Origin: Bacteroidota bacterium
Lineage (GTDB): Bacteria; Bacteroidota; Bacteroidia; Sphingobacteriales; Sphingobacteriaceae
NCBI GenBank assembly: GCA_040390445.1
Contig: JAZJYI010000008.1
Location: 551,994 to 615,993 of the forward strand
Direction of reading: 5' to 3'
DNA length: 64,000 nt
A program made the translations under genes and the position numbers. How positions within the stretch are numbered: the first letter of the stretch is position 1; every line of letters begins with the position of its first letter. Below, one piece after another: positions 55,041-64,000 of the stretch. The notes beneath the pieces were generated by a model. The model was not told where the DNA came from. It saw only the letters and a list, made by a program, of their open reading frames with translations, and did not search any database.

Positions 55041-56675
55041 ATGTTACGACGCAACTTTATAAAACTATCTGCCACCGGCTTTGCCGCGGTTATGTACAGC
55101 AGGCTAACTTATGCTGCCGGCAATGGTAATTCATTGATCAACCATCCCGACGAGGCCTGGGCACAGGTAGATGACCAGTGGGTAAAGCTTACCGGTAAAG
55201 GCGGTTCCGTTTTTATTTACCGGGATATCAAAGTAGAGGTTAAGGCAAATGGCAACACGCAGGCAGTGTATGTACAATCGCCGGTAGCAGAATTACAGGC
55301 GGTAAAGTTTAAATGGAAATATCAAACATCAGGATATTCAAAGGTATTAGGCGACCATTGGGAACGTACCTATGGCGATATGGCCTGGCGAACGCTGGGC
55401 GAGGTGGTACGTAACCCTTGGTATGTTTTATTGCATGATGATAAGCAAACTGCTTGCTTTGGCGTAAAAACAGGCGGTAATACCCTGTGTTGGTGGGGTG
55501 TTAAAACCGATGGTATGGAACTGGTTATGGATACCCGATCGGGAGGCGTGGGCGTAAAGCTTGGCCGGCGTACCCTGCATACTGCCGATATTGTAACCGG
55601 TATGAGCAAGGCCGGCCAAACACCATACGCAACCCTTACCGATTTTTGCAAAGTGATGTGTACCAAACCACGGCTGCCAAAACAGCCCGTTTATGGTATT
55701 AACGATTGGTATGTGGTGTATGGCAAAAACTCTTATCAAACCATAAAAGAACAAACAGCCGCCATGGCCGAACTGGTTAGCGATACCAATAACCGCCCAT
55801 TCTCGGTTATTGATGACGGCTGGCAGCAGGCTGATGATTTTTCGATAGTGAACGATAAGTTTAAGGATATGCATAAAATGGCCGATGAGATAAAAAGCCA
55901 TGGTATGCGCCCCGGCTTATGGACTCGCCCTTTAATTGCCCGGAAAGATGATAGTAAAACATTGCTTTCGCCAAAGATACCCGGGCGTGGCCAGGATGAC
56001 GAACTGATACTCGACCCAACTATCCCGGAAAACCTTGCCCGCGTAAAACGTAACATCACACTGTATAAACAATGGGGTTACGATATGGTAAAGCACGATT
56101 ATAGTAGCTGGGATATTTTTGGAAGGTGGGGGATGCAGATGAAAGATAGCTTTACCGCTCCCGACTGGAAGTTTCAGGATCAGACAAAAACTAATGCCGA
56201 GATCATCAACACACTCTATCACACTATCAGAGAAGCCGCGGGTGATATGTATATTATTGGCTGTAATACCATGAGCCACCTGTCTGCCGGGGTATTTGAG
56301 CTTAACCGGATTGGTGATGATACCAGTGGGAAGGAGTGGGCCCGCACAAAAAAAATGGGTGTGAATACTCTGGCCTTCCGCCTGCCTCAAAATAATGCTT
56401 TTTACGCTGCCGATGGCGATTGCGTAGGTTTAACAAAAGATGTTGCCTGGGATAAGAATAAACAATGGCTGCAGTTGCTGGCAGAAAGCGGCTCACCGCT
56501 CTTTATATCGGCAGAGCTGGATATATTAGATGCTGAAAAAAAAGTAGCCATAAAGCAAGCCTTTGCCAACGCAGCCAAGGTGCAGCCCAATGGCGAGCCG
56601 ATCGATTGGCTAACCAATCCGTTTCCCGAAAAATGGAACCTTAACGGTAAGGAAGTCACCTTTAATTGGGATTAA
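55041..56675 (+). CDS. Tat-exported GH36-like (clan GH-D) alpha-galactosidase
   Basis: Twin-arginine signal LRRNFIK; motifs NDWY, VIDDGWQ, MVKHDY and NRIGDDTSG. Confidence 0.7.
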   Translation: MLRRNFIKLSATGFAAVMYSRLTYAAGNGNSLINHPDEAWAQVDDQWVKLTGKGGSVFIYRDIKVEVKANGNTQAVYVQSPVAELQAVKFKWKYQTSGYSKVLGDHWERTYGDMAWRTLGEVVRNPWYVLLHDDKQTACFGVKTGGNTLCWWGVKTDGMELVMDTRSGGVGVKLGRRTLHTADIVTGMSKAGQTPYATLTDFCKVMCTKPRLPKQPVYGINDWYVVYGKNSYQTIKEQTAAMAELVSDTNNRPFSVIDDGWQQADDFSIVNDKFKDMHKMADEIKSHGMRPGLWTRPLIARKDDSKTLLSPKIPGRGQDDELILDPTIPENLARVKRNITLYKQWGYDMVKHDYSSWDIFGRWGMQMKDSFTAPDWKFQDQTKTNAEIINTLYHTIREAAGDMYIIGCNTMSHLSAGVFELNRIGDDTSGKEWARTKKMGVNTLAFRLPQNNAFYAADGDCVGLTKDVAWDKNKQWLQLLAESGSPLFISAELDILDAEKKVAIKQAFANAAKVQPNGEPIDWLTNPFPEKWNLNGKEVTFNWD

Positions 56676-56692
56676 ATAAATTATTAAACCAT

Positions 56693-56724
56693 GTAAAAAG
56701 CCATCTCTCAGGATGGCTTTTTAC
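56693..56724 (+). terminator. Intrinsic terminator
   Basis: GTAAAAAGCCATC pairs with GATGGCTTTTTAC. Confidence 0.75.
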
Positions 56725-56755
56725 TTTAGGTATAAAATTCTTAAAAAAATATTGC

Positions 56756-56798
56756 GTAGTTACATAACTACATTTATATTTGTAGTTAAATAGCTACA
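56756..56798. promoter_or_regulatory. Two palindromic operators flanking the promoter box of the ArsR gene
   Basis: GTAGTTACATAACTAC (56756-56771) and TGTAGTTAAATAGCTACA (56781-56798) bracket TATATTTG (56775-56782). Confidence 0.7.
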
Positions 56799-57121
56799 TG
56801 ATGAATTTAAGAAGAGACGTATTCCAGGCCATTGCCGATCCAACCCGGAGGGCAATATTGCTGCTGGTTGCTACGCAAGCCATGACAGCAGGGGCAATAG
56901 CTTCAAACTTTGATACCGCAAGGCCAACAGTTTCAAAACACCTGCAAATACTTACCGAATGCGAATTGCTTAAGCAGGAGCAAAACGGAAGAGAGATCCA
57001 CTACCACATAAACGCGAAAAAAATGAAAGAAGTAGCCGAATTTATTGAGCCATTCCGCAAAATATGGGATGACAGGTTCAATCTGTTGGAAACTGTAATG
57101 AAAAACTATAAAAGCAAATAA
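56798..57121 (+). CDS. ArsR/SmtB family transcriptional regulator
   Basis: Motifs [26 protein letters not shown] and QNGREIHY. Confidence 0.9.
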   Translation: MMNLRRDVFQAIADPTRRAILLLVATQAMTAGAIASNFDTARPTVSKHLQILTECELLKQEQNGREIHYHINAKKMKEVAEFIEPFRKIWDDRFNLLETVMKNYKSK

Positions 57122-57122
57122 C

Positions 57123-57590
57123 ATGGAACTAAAAACAAAAATTAATGCTGAAGATGGTAGGCAGGATCTAGTAATAACCAGGGAGTTTGATTTGCCCCTG
57201 GAATTGCTTTTTAAAGCTTTTACCGAGCCCGAAATTGTTGAACAATGGATGGGAACTAAAGTGCTTAAACTGGAAAGTGAAAAGCATGGCAGCTGGCAAT
57301 TTGAAACATCAGACGCAAAGGGAAATGTAGTGTTTAAAGCCAATGGGACAATACATGAGTTTAACCCAAATCAGAAGATCACCCGGACGTTTGAAATGGA
57401 AAATGCTCCTTTTGGCGTTCAGCTTGAATTGCTGGAGTTTGAAAAACTTACTGACGATACCAGTATGATCAATATGCACATCATATATGAATCAGGTGCA
57501 CTTCGCGATCAGATGCTAAAGCTACCTTTTGCACAGGGTATCAATATGGCGCATAACCGGTTAGAAGATATCGTTAAGAAACTAAAATAA
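57123..57590 (+). CDS. SRPBCC (AHSA1/START-like) domain protein
   Basis: Motifs LVITREFDLPLELLFKAFTEPE and KITRTFE; typical position after ArsR. Confidence 0.85.
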   Translation: MELKTKINAEDGRQDLVITREFDLPLELLFKAFTEPEIVEQWMGTKVLKLESEKHGSWQFETSDAKGNVVFKANGTIHEFNPNQKITRTFEMENAPFGVQLELLEFEKLTDDTSMINMHIIYESGALRDQMLKLPFAQGINMAHNRLEDIVKKLK

Positions 57591-57596
57591 CATATT

Positions 57597-57977
57597 ATGA
57601 ACACAAAGTTAATTATCTATTGGCTAACAACGGCTTTAGTGGCTATAGGAATGACGGGGAGTGGCCTGGCACAGATATTCCATGCGAAAGCAATGATAGA
57701 TCTGATCACCCCTCTAGGGTATCCGTTGTACCTGCTGTACATTATTGGTGTATGGAAGGTACTTGGTGTAATAGCTATTTTATTACCAGGGTTTAAACTT
57801 GTTAAAGAATGGGCTTATGCAGGATTGTTTTTTGTTATGACAGGAGCCCTTGCTTCACATTTGCTGAGCGGTGATGATAGTATAAAGGGTATTATCGGGC
57901 CGTTTTTTCAGGCTGTTTTTATTATCTTGTCTTGGTATTGCAGACCCGCGAACAGGAAAATCAGTTTAGTTAATTAA
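57597..57977 (+). CDS. DoxX-like membrane protein
   Basis: Motifs LGYPLYLLYIIGVWKVLG and KEWAYAGLFF. Confidence 0.85.
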   Translation: MNTKLIIYWLTTALVAIGMTGSGLAQIFHAKAMIDLITPLGYPLYLLYIIGVWKVLGVIAILLPGFKLVKEWAYAGLFFVMTGALASHLLSGDDSIKGIIGPFFQAVFIILSWYCRPANRKISLVN

Positions 57978-57990
57978 TAAATGAATTAGT

Positions 57991-58569
57991 ATGAACCCTA
58001 AGGTTGATTTTTATTTTAATAAAGCTAAAAAGTGGCAGGATGAGGCCGGGAAATTAAGAACAATCGTGCTTGACTGCGGGCTAACAGAAGAATTAAAATG
58101 GGGTTGCCCATGTTACACATATCAAAACAGTAATATCGTCTTAATACACGATTTTAAGGAATACTGTGCGCTTTTGTTCTTTAAAGGCGCGTTGTTGCAT
58201 GATGCTGAAGGGATCCTGATCCAGCAAACGGAGAATGTGCAGTCGGCGCGCCAGGTACGGTTTACCAATATCAATGAAATGGTTGAACGCGAAGCTATCT
58301 TAAAAGCGTATATTTTTGAAGCTATCGAGGTAGAAAAAGCCGGCTTGGAGGTGAATTTCAAAAAAACTGCCGACTTTAAGGTCGCCGAAGAATTTCAAAA
58401 TAAGTTAGACGGAAGCACAATACTAAAAAATGCTTTTGAAGGATTAACGCCGGGGCGGCAAAAAGCATATCTGCTGCATTTTTCTTCACCCAAACAATCC
58501 AAAACCCGCGAGGCGAGGATCGAAAAGTGGATGTCACAGATACTTGCTGGTAAAGGTTTGAATGATTAA
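57991..58569 (+). CDS. YdeI/OmpD-associated family protein (DUF1801 plus OmdA-like domain)
   Basis: Motifs EELKWGCPCY, FFKGALL, LTPGRQKAY and KQSKTREARIEK. Confidence 0.85.
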   Translation: MNPKVDFYFNKAKKWQDEAGKLRTIVLDCGLTEELKWGCPCYTYQNSNIVLIHDFKEYCALLFFKGALLHDAEGILIQQTENVQSARQVRFTNINEMVEREAILKAYIFEAIEVEKAGLEVNFKKTADFKVAEEFQNKLDGSTILKNAFEGLTPGRQKAYLLHFSSPKQSKTREARIEKWMSQILAGKGLND

Positions 58570-58570
58570 C

Positions 58571-59135
58571 ATGATTAAAAACAATTCAAACTTATCTTCT
58601 TCGCAAGCTGAAGAACTAATGGGGATATTGAAAGGCCGTTTTGAGAAAACATGAACCGTCATGCAGGGATTGAATGGCTGGCAATACAAGCAAAACTGAA
58701 AACGGATGCCGGTAAATTATGGAGCCTTAACGAAATGGAAATGACAGGTGGAGAACCCGATATTGTAGGTTATGATCAAAAAACTGGGGAGTATATTTTT
58801 TACGACTGTAGTTTGGAGAGCCCGAAGGGTCGTAGAATTGTTTGCTATGACCATGAAGCACCGGAGTTGAGGAAAAGACATAAAACCGGCAGATAGTGCC
58901 ATAGCTATGGCGACAGATATGGGTATTGAAATTTTAAAAGAAGAACAATACAGGGGGCTACAACAACTTGGCAGGTTTGATACCAAAACATCAACTGGAT
59001 ATTAACGCCTTCTGCTATCAGGAAACTAGGAGGTGCAGTTTTTTGTGACCGCAGGTATGATACCGTATTTCTTTATCACAACGGCGCCGAATTTATTACG
59101 CTGCGAGGGGTTTTCGTGGTGCGTTACGAGTGTAA
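58571..59135 (+). pseudogene. DUF4256-family gene broken by about four single-base frameshifts
   Basis: Conserved blocks switch frame: LKGRFEK / MNRH..EMEMTGGEPD..CYDHEA..HK / PADSAIAMATDMGIEIL..FDTKTS / WILTP..LGGAVFCDRRYDTVFLYHNGAE / YYAARGFRGALRV. Confidence 0.85.
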
Positions 59136-59180
59136 TACTAAAACTACCTGTCAGGAATATATAGGGGAGTAGTTTATAAC

Positions 59181-59215
59181 AAAAAACCTCTTCAAATTGC
59201 TTTGAAGAGGTTTTT
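59181..59215. terminator. Bidirectional intrinsic terminator between the ArsR operon and tRNA-Pro
   Basis: AAAAAACCTCTTCAAA pairs with TTTGAAGAGGTTTTT. Confidence 0.85.
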
Positions 59216-59235
59216 GATACTTGGTATCGCTTCTG

Positions 59236-59309
59236 TCGGGATGGCAGGATTCGAACCTGCGGCCTCCACATCCCAAATGTGGCGCGATACCGGGCTACGC
59301 TACATCCCG
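59236..59309 (-). tRNA. trnP: tRNA-Pro, anticodon TGG
   Basis: Acceptor CGGGATG/CATCCCG, anticodon arm CCACA-tttggga-TGTGG and T-loop GGTTCGAATCC. CCA is not fully encoded. Promoter TACCTTTG lies at 59320-59327 on the minus strand. Confidence 0.97.
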
Positions 59310-59646
59310 ATTGGGATTGCAAAGGTAGCTTTTTTGTATAGCTGTGCAAACTTTTTTTAAAAGAATTTGAAGGGGTTTGTTTAATGGGTTCATTTGCAAA
59401 AACTTAGCGTTAAAACTTTTTTTAATTCGCCCTTAATAGGCCTTAGCATGCTATAAAACACCCCAAAATAGTACATATGTAGTATTGATGCCGATTTAAA
59501 ATGGCCGTTACTTTATATCACAGCAAATTATCAGTACAAGGGTATTTGCTGCAAAACTTTATTGCTTGAAAAACTGGCGAGCTTTAAGTTTGCAAAATAC
59601 CATGCATGCCATACTATTAAAATAGGGGGAATATGGCTGCAAGGTA

Positions 59647-59679
59647 AAATCCCCGTATCAGCAAGTGGTACGGGGATTT
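59647..59679. terminator. Orphan terminator-like hairpin
   Basis: AAATCCCCGTA pairs perfectly with TACGGGGATTT; no annotated gene ends here. Confidence 0.6.
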
Positions 59680-59944
59680 GTTGCGTTTAGGCAATACTCA
59701 CATATATAAATCAGCGCATTATATCAGTCTTTAAAGGCGTAACTCAAATTTCGGCTGGTTAATAAGCATAGCATGTTGCTGTGATAGAACTACTTATAGA
59801 TGTATTAATTTATTCAATCGGTTAAAATGCGTATTCACTCATTACGTACTTGCCGGTAACTCATTCTCAAAAAATAGCATAATGCAGGTGTCTACTTTCG
59901 ATTAATGAATAAACAAACAACATTAATCTAAAAACAAAAACACC

Positions 59945-60415
59945 ATGAAAAATTTGAAAACAACATCGGTATTAACAGTAATTATGGCGATAGTATTCTC
60001 CTTCGCTGCCTGTAAAAAAGATAAGAACGACGGCCCGGGTGGTGGTTCATCAGCTTACAAATTCGCTGATAAAACTTATGCCATTACAGACGCAAATGAA
60101 AAGCACATAGAAGGCGATATCTTCCTTGAGTTTACTTCTACAACCCCTGGCGATTACCTGCAAATAAGTTTTGCTGGTGTGGATGCTATCCCCGAAGGTA
60201 AACTCACTTATAACCCCGACAGGAACGTAGGATATAACCCGCAAACAAACTTTTGGGCAACCGGAATTGGCCTTGGTGGAAATAATATAAATATTAGCGG
60301 CGGCACAATAACCGTATCCAAATCTGGCGGTAGTACCAAAATTGTATTCAATCTTGAAACTGCCAATGGCCCAATTACCGGCGAATATAACGGCACCACT
60401 AGGGTAACAAACTAA
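59945..60415 (+). CDS. Hypothetical lipoprotein
   Basis: Lipobox FAAC followed by KKDKND; beta-rich mature part. Confidence 0.8.
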   Translation: MKNLKTTSVLTVIMAIVFSFAACKKDKNDGPGGGSSAYKFADKTYAITDANEKHIEGDIFLEFTSTTPGDYLQISFAGVDAIPEGKLTYNPDRNVGYNPQTNFWATGIGLGGNNINISGGTITVSKSGGSTKIVFNLETANGPITGEYNGTTRVTN

Positions 60416-60438
60416 GCCAACCAACAATATATACGACA

Positions 60439-61383
60439 ATGAAAAACAACAGAATAATAACCCTGATGCTGCTTATTGTGGCAGCATCGGGTTTACTATC
60501 ATCCTGTAAAAAAGATAAACAAGGTGGTAACGAGTGCGCTAAGGTAGATTTTGAACAAAAGGCACTCGCGGCTTATACTCATCCGTGTGCTATAGCTATA
60601 TCAAAATCGGGCATAATAGCGGTGGTAGAGTATAATGGGTTTAATGCATATGGCACAAACGGCACAACCACTATATGGAAAAGTGTGAGTGATTTTCTGG
60701 CCAAGAGCCCGCCCGTACAAAGCTTTCAAAGCCGCGGGGCAGAGGCGGCCATATTTGATGCATCAGAAAACCTGTACATCGCCGAAACTGAAGGCACTGC
60801 AGGCATCCGTGTATATCAAAAAACAGGTAATGTAAGCTATCAGTATAAAACAGTTATACAGGGCGATGGTATTACCGGGGGCTTTGTTAACCCCCGGGGC
60901 ATGGCCTTTGATGCAGCCGGCCATTTGTTTATAGCCAATGATGGTGTTGGCAATATTGTAAGGATAACCAACCCGCTTAATAATGGCCCCAAACAAATTA
61001 TTGGCGGCGGTATGGGCAATGTAAAAGGCCTGGCCATTATTGGTAACAATATGTTTGTAACGGTTTATAACCAAAACCAGTTGTGGAAATGCACCCTAAA
61101 AGACAACGGAGATTTTGGCGAGATAGTAGCTACTTATGATATTAACAAACCCGTTGATGTTGCCGTAAAGGATGGCGTGCTGGCAGTAGCCTCGCCCGAG
61201 TCGGGCACTGTAGATGTTATCGACCCTGATAAGATAGGCAAAGCTGGCGAAGCCTTTACCGGCTGTAAAAAAGTACTAACCGTAGGTAATAATGTTTTTG
61301 GCCTTGCCTTTAACCCATCAGAGAATAGCTTGCTTGTAGCTCACCTGGATATGAACCGGGTTTTATACTACAAAGCTCAATAA
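60439..61383 (+). CDS. NHL-repeat/beta-propeller lipoprotein
   Basis: Lipobox LSSC followed by KKDK; repeats FVNPRGMAFDAAGHLFIAND, VKGLAI and PVDVAV. Confidence 0.8.
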   Translation: MKNNRIITLMLLIVAASGLLSSCKKDKQGGNECAKVDFEQKALAAYTHPCAIAISKSGIIAVVEYNGFNAYGTNGTTTIWKSVSDFLAKSPPVQSFQSRGAEAAIFDASENLYIAETEGTAGIRVYQKTGNVSYQYKTVIQGDGITGGFVNPRGMAFDAAGHLFIANDGVGNIVRITNPLNNGPKQIIGGGMGNVKGLAIIGNNMFVTVYNQNQLWKCTLKDNGDFGEIVATYDINKPVDVAVKDGVLAVASPESGTVDVIDPDKIGKAGEAFTGCKKVLTVGNNVFGLAFNPSENSLLVAHLDMNRVLYYKAQ

Positions 61384-61416
61384 TTTATTTGATCACATTA
61401 CCACAAAATACTCATC

Positions 61417-62070
61417 ATGAAAAAAATAGCAACTATATTATCTATACTGATAATTGCCTTAAGCTTACAGGCGCAGGCACAAACAAAAAAACAAAAAGCT
61501 AAACCCAAAAAGGCTATTAGTGCCAATACCACTTCAACAACTGTTAAAAAAGTGGATCCCCCTAAGGCAGACGCCCCAAAAACGGAAACAAAAACGGTTG
61601 CGGTTAGCACACCAAAAAGAACAGCCACTGTAACAGACGATTACTATAAAACAGCCCTGGGCGTGAAATTTTTGCACGGCATATCCCTTACTGCCAAACA
61701 TTTTATCAATGAAAAAGGCGCGCTTGAAGCCGTTATACAATACCGCCACTATACCGATGTTGGCTCGGAAATTAATTTTACAGGCTTATATGAATACCAT
61801 GGTAAAATAGCCGGTGCAGGCGGCCTGCGCTGGTATGTTGGCGGCGGGGCATACGCAGGGTACTTCTCGTCTGATAATGACGCAGTGAACGATCTTAATG
61901 ATGGCTCATCCAACTTTACTTTCGGCGTTGCGGGTACAGTAGGGCTGGAGTATAAAATAAAAGGCGCCCCTTTAGCCATTAGCGCCGACTGGCAACCTCT
62001 TTATATTATAAACGGCAACAGTGGCCTGGCAACCGATAATGGGGGCATAGGCGTTAAATACACATTTTAA
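61417..62070 (+). CDS. Small outer-membrane beta-barrel protein with a Lys/Thr/Pro-rich N-terminal linker
   Basis: Signal peptide; amphipathic strands (TALGVKF, LRWYVGGG, GLEYKI, SADWQP); C-terminal GVKYTF. Confidence 0.75.
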   Translation: MKKIATILSILIIALSLQAQAQTKKQKAKPKKAISANTTSTTVKKVDPPKADAPKTETKTVAVSTPKRTATVTDDYYKTALGVKFLHGISLTAKHFINEKGALEAVIQYRHYTDVGSEINFTGLYEYHGKIAGAGGLRWYVGGGAYAGYFSSDNDAVNDLNDGSSNFTFGVAGTVGLEYKIKGAPLAISADWQPLYIINGNSGLATDNGGIGVKYTF

Positions 62071-62750
62071 TGTCTGCCATGAAAAAGATATTTATTTTAC
62101 TGCTAATCCTGCCGTTTTTAATAGCAGGGTGCCGAAAAGACCCGGCGAAAAGGGGCGATACAGACACAGGTAAGGGCGAGCTAGCCAATTATTCAGGTTA
62201 CTTTATTCAGGGAATGATGAAGGATGTTATTGTGACCGACGGTGGGCGGGAGAAGCCATTTATAATGCTGCTGAAAGATAACCACAAAGCCGTATTAGTT
62301 AACGTAAATGGCGAAACAAGCCTAAGCTACAGCGTACAGGATGGTAGAATTGTACTGGATGACAACGGTTACTTTAACGTTAAAAATGGGCAGATAACCG
62401 ATTGGCTGATCGCCGGCTTCAATTTTACCAAAGCTACCCTGCATGCTAAGGTTGAAACGAATCAGCTTAAAGGCAAAAAATTTGGCGGTTCGCAATTTTA
62501 TGTAAAGCTGGGTGCATCAATTTACAGCGAAATAAAATTTGAAACATCAGGCGATCTGTTAAGTAACCCACGGGCAGACGACCCAAATAAAACATACGGT
62601 TACAATTCATATGCAAATGTGGCTGGGTTTAGGCATAGCAACGAGTATGATACAAACGATTTTTTTGTAATAGAGGATGGTAAATTACAAATAGCAGGTT
62701 ACTCTGCATTTAACGGATTGTCGGTTGGGAGTATGGACCAAATTCCATAG
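62070..62750 (+). CDS. Hypothetical lipoprotein
   Basis: Lipobox IAGC followed by RKD; translationally coupled to the barrel gene (TAATG). Confidence 0.75.
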   Translation: MSAMKKIFILLLILPFLIAGCRKDPAKRGDTDTGKGELANYSGYFIQGMMKDVIVTDGGREKPFIMLLKDNHKAVLVNVNGETSLSYSVQDGRIVLDDNGYFNVKNGQITDWLIAGFNFTKATLHAKVETNQLKGKKFGGSQFYVKLGASIYSEIKFETSGDLLSNPRADDPNKTYGYNSYANVAGFRHSNEYDTNDFFVIEDGKLQIAGYSAFNGLSVGSMDQIP

Positions 62751-62756
62751 TAAGCA

Positions 62757-62781
62757 GCGGGGGAGTTGTTTGTTCCCCCGC
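62757..62781. terminator. Hairpin between convergent genes
   Basis: GCGGGGGAG pairs with TTCCCCCGC. Confidence 0.6.
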
Positions 62782-62793
62782 CACTTCCAATAT

Positions 62794-63705
62794 TTATACC
62801 TGCGTACGCACGTTTGTAGTTAACTTATACTGCTCTGGCGACATGCCCATGTACTTTTTAAATACCCGCGAAAAGTAATACGGATCTTCATACCCCAAAT
62901 CTATAGCTATCGTTTTTATCTTGGCCTCATTAGCATAAAGAAATTGGCAGGCCTTTTGCATTTTTAAGTGTATAAAATAATCAATAGGGGGCATGCCCGT
63001 AGCTTTACGAAACAAGCTTGAAAAATGCGAGCTGGATAACTTATGCTGGCCGGCCATATCTTCAACCGTCATTTTCTTTTCAATATTATCCTTCATGTTA
63101 ATGATGGTGGCGGTGATAATCTCGTCCGTACTATTTTGCTCGTTATTAATAACATGCTTGTGTGGGAACAGAAACGTTGCCACCAAATTGTACAGGCAAA
63201 AGCTTCCATTACACAAGTTTTCGATGCTATAACCCATCTCCAGGTTTTGATAAATATTATTCCATATATCAAGCGCCTTGCTATTAAACGGAATCTGTAC
63301 CGGCCCCTTAAATTCGCTGATGTTTAATGATTTATTGAAGTTTTCAATATCATCCCCTGTAAAATGCACCCAGTAAATAGTCCACGGGTCTTCTTCGTCG
63401 GCCCAATAGCGCATGTAAACATCAGTTTTAGGGGTAATAAAGAATTGATTGGGGGTAACTTCAAATTTCTTCTTATCCATCACATAATAACCTTTGCCCT
63501 TAATGCAGTAAATGAGGATATTGTCATCACAACCCCGGCGCCGTTCTTTATAATGATAGGATGCCTTTGGGAAATACCCTATTTGAGTAATGTAGATATT
63601 AAATAAAGCCGGGTACCGTTTAACATATTCTTTTAATACTTTTTGCGGTATGGTAATTAGTTTTTCGCCGTCAAATCCGTCTTTTCTTTTAAAAGAGCTG
63701 CCCAT
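62794..63705 (-). CDS. AraC family transcriptional regulator with an N-terminal ligand-binding cupin
   Basis: Motifs ITQIGYFPKA, PWTIYWVHFTG, FRKATGMPPIDYF and LGYEDPYYFSRVFKKYMGMSP. Confidence 0.92.
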   Translation of the reverse strand: MGSSFKRKDGFDGEKLITIPQKVLKEYVKRYPALFNIYITQIGYFPKASYHYKERRRGCDDNILIYCIKGKGYYVMDKKKFEVTPNQFFITPKTDVYMRYWADEEDPWTIYWVHFTGDDIENFNKSLNISEFKGPVQIPFNSKALDIWNNIYQNLEMGYSIENLCNGSFCLYNLVATFLFPHKHVINNEQNSTDEIITATIINMKDNIEKKMTVEDMAGQHKLSSSHFSSLFRKATGMPPIDYFIHLKMQKACQFLYANEAKIKTIAIDLGYEDPYYFSRVFKKYMGMSPEQYKLTTNVRTQV

Positions 63706-64000
63706 AGTTTAGTTTGCAATAATTAATAGAATATTCCATTAGGGTTGGAGTAGCTGCCAAATGGATAGGTTAAAAATAGTTTTATTTCGATACAGTGGGA
63801 ATAGTTTTTTACTAAGTTTAACATCAGAATAAGTATGTTCTTAGTTTAGGTTTTATCGAAGGCTTACTATTGCTGGTAATTGCTCCGTTAGATGCGGTCC
63901 TGTATAATTTACATAGCAGATTATTGAACTATTTATTTGTTGTAACGTATAATGTTAAGTATTAGGATAATGCTTAACATAATGATAATATTGAATTAAC

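Noticed and set aside
58651-58896. 81-aa ORF as an independent gene
   Set aside because: It is one in-frame fragment of the frameshifted DUF4256 gene.
59026-59349. 107-aa minus-strand ORF
   Set aside because: It runs through tRNA-Pro and the terminator and is antisense to the DUF4256 remnant, so it is a spurious frame.
2028-63606. Numerous 60-160 aa ORFs overlapping larger genes on the opposite strand or in another frame
   Set aside because: They have no recognisable motifs and lie within well-supported CDSs; they are explained by codon bias of the real genes.

Overview
Bacteroidota DNA, most like Sphingobacteriaceae (Mucilaginibacter/Pedobacter type), judged from TAnnTTTG promoters, SusC/SusD pairs and gene content. 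In order: the 3' end of a sugar isomerase; a LacI-controlled GlcNAc operon; a GH25 lysozyme and small hypotheticals; a sulfur-linked locus of about 12 kb (10.15-21.95 kb); an orphan MacB/FtsX-type ABC permease; a beta-1,3-glucan PUL; a GH5; an ECF sigma/FecR-controlled galactomannan-type PUL; an SGNH esterase and a Tat-exported GH36-like enzyme; an ArsR/SRPBCC/DoxX/YdeI operon ending in a frameshifted DUF4256 pseudogene; tRNA-Pro(TGG); a four-gene lipoprotein/outer-membrane cluster; and an AraC regulator. The best candidate for an undescribed system is the sulfur locus. A canonical SAM-I riboswitch precedes a cysteine desulfurase and a stand-alone DsbD-alpha domain. Two unannotated Cys-rich micropeptides follow (...SCCCHF and ...RCCCMCM), with a second, divergent SAM-I-like RNA, and an 18-bp motif is shared by both leader regions. 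These sit upstream of an operon encoding two TlpA paralogues, YceI, a MauG-type di-heme enzyme, a TonB-dependent receptor, a DUF4397-like lipoprotein and a Tat-exported superoxide dismutase. These proteins are strongly depleted of Cys and Met, which suggests a sulfur-starvation, sulfur-sparing envelope system. All family assignments come from motif recognition by eye and residue counts are hand counts; no database search or folding program was run.
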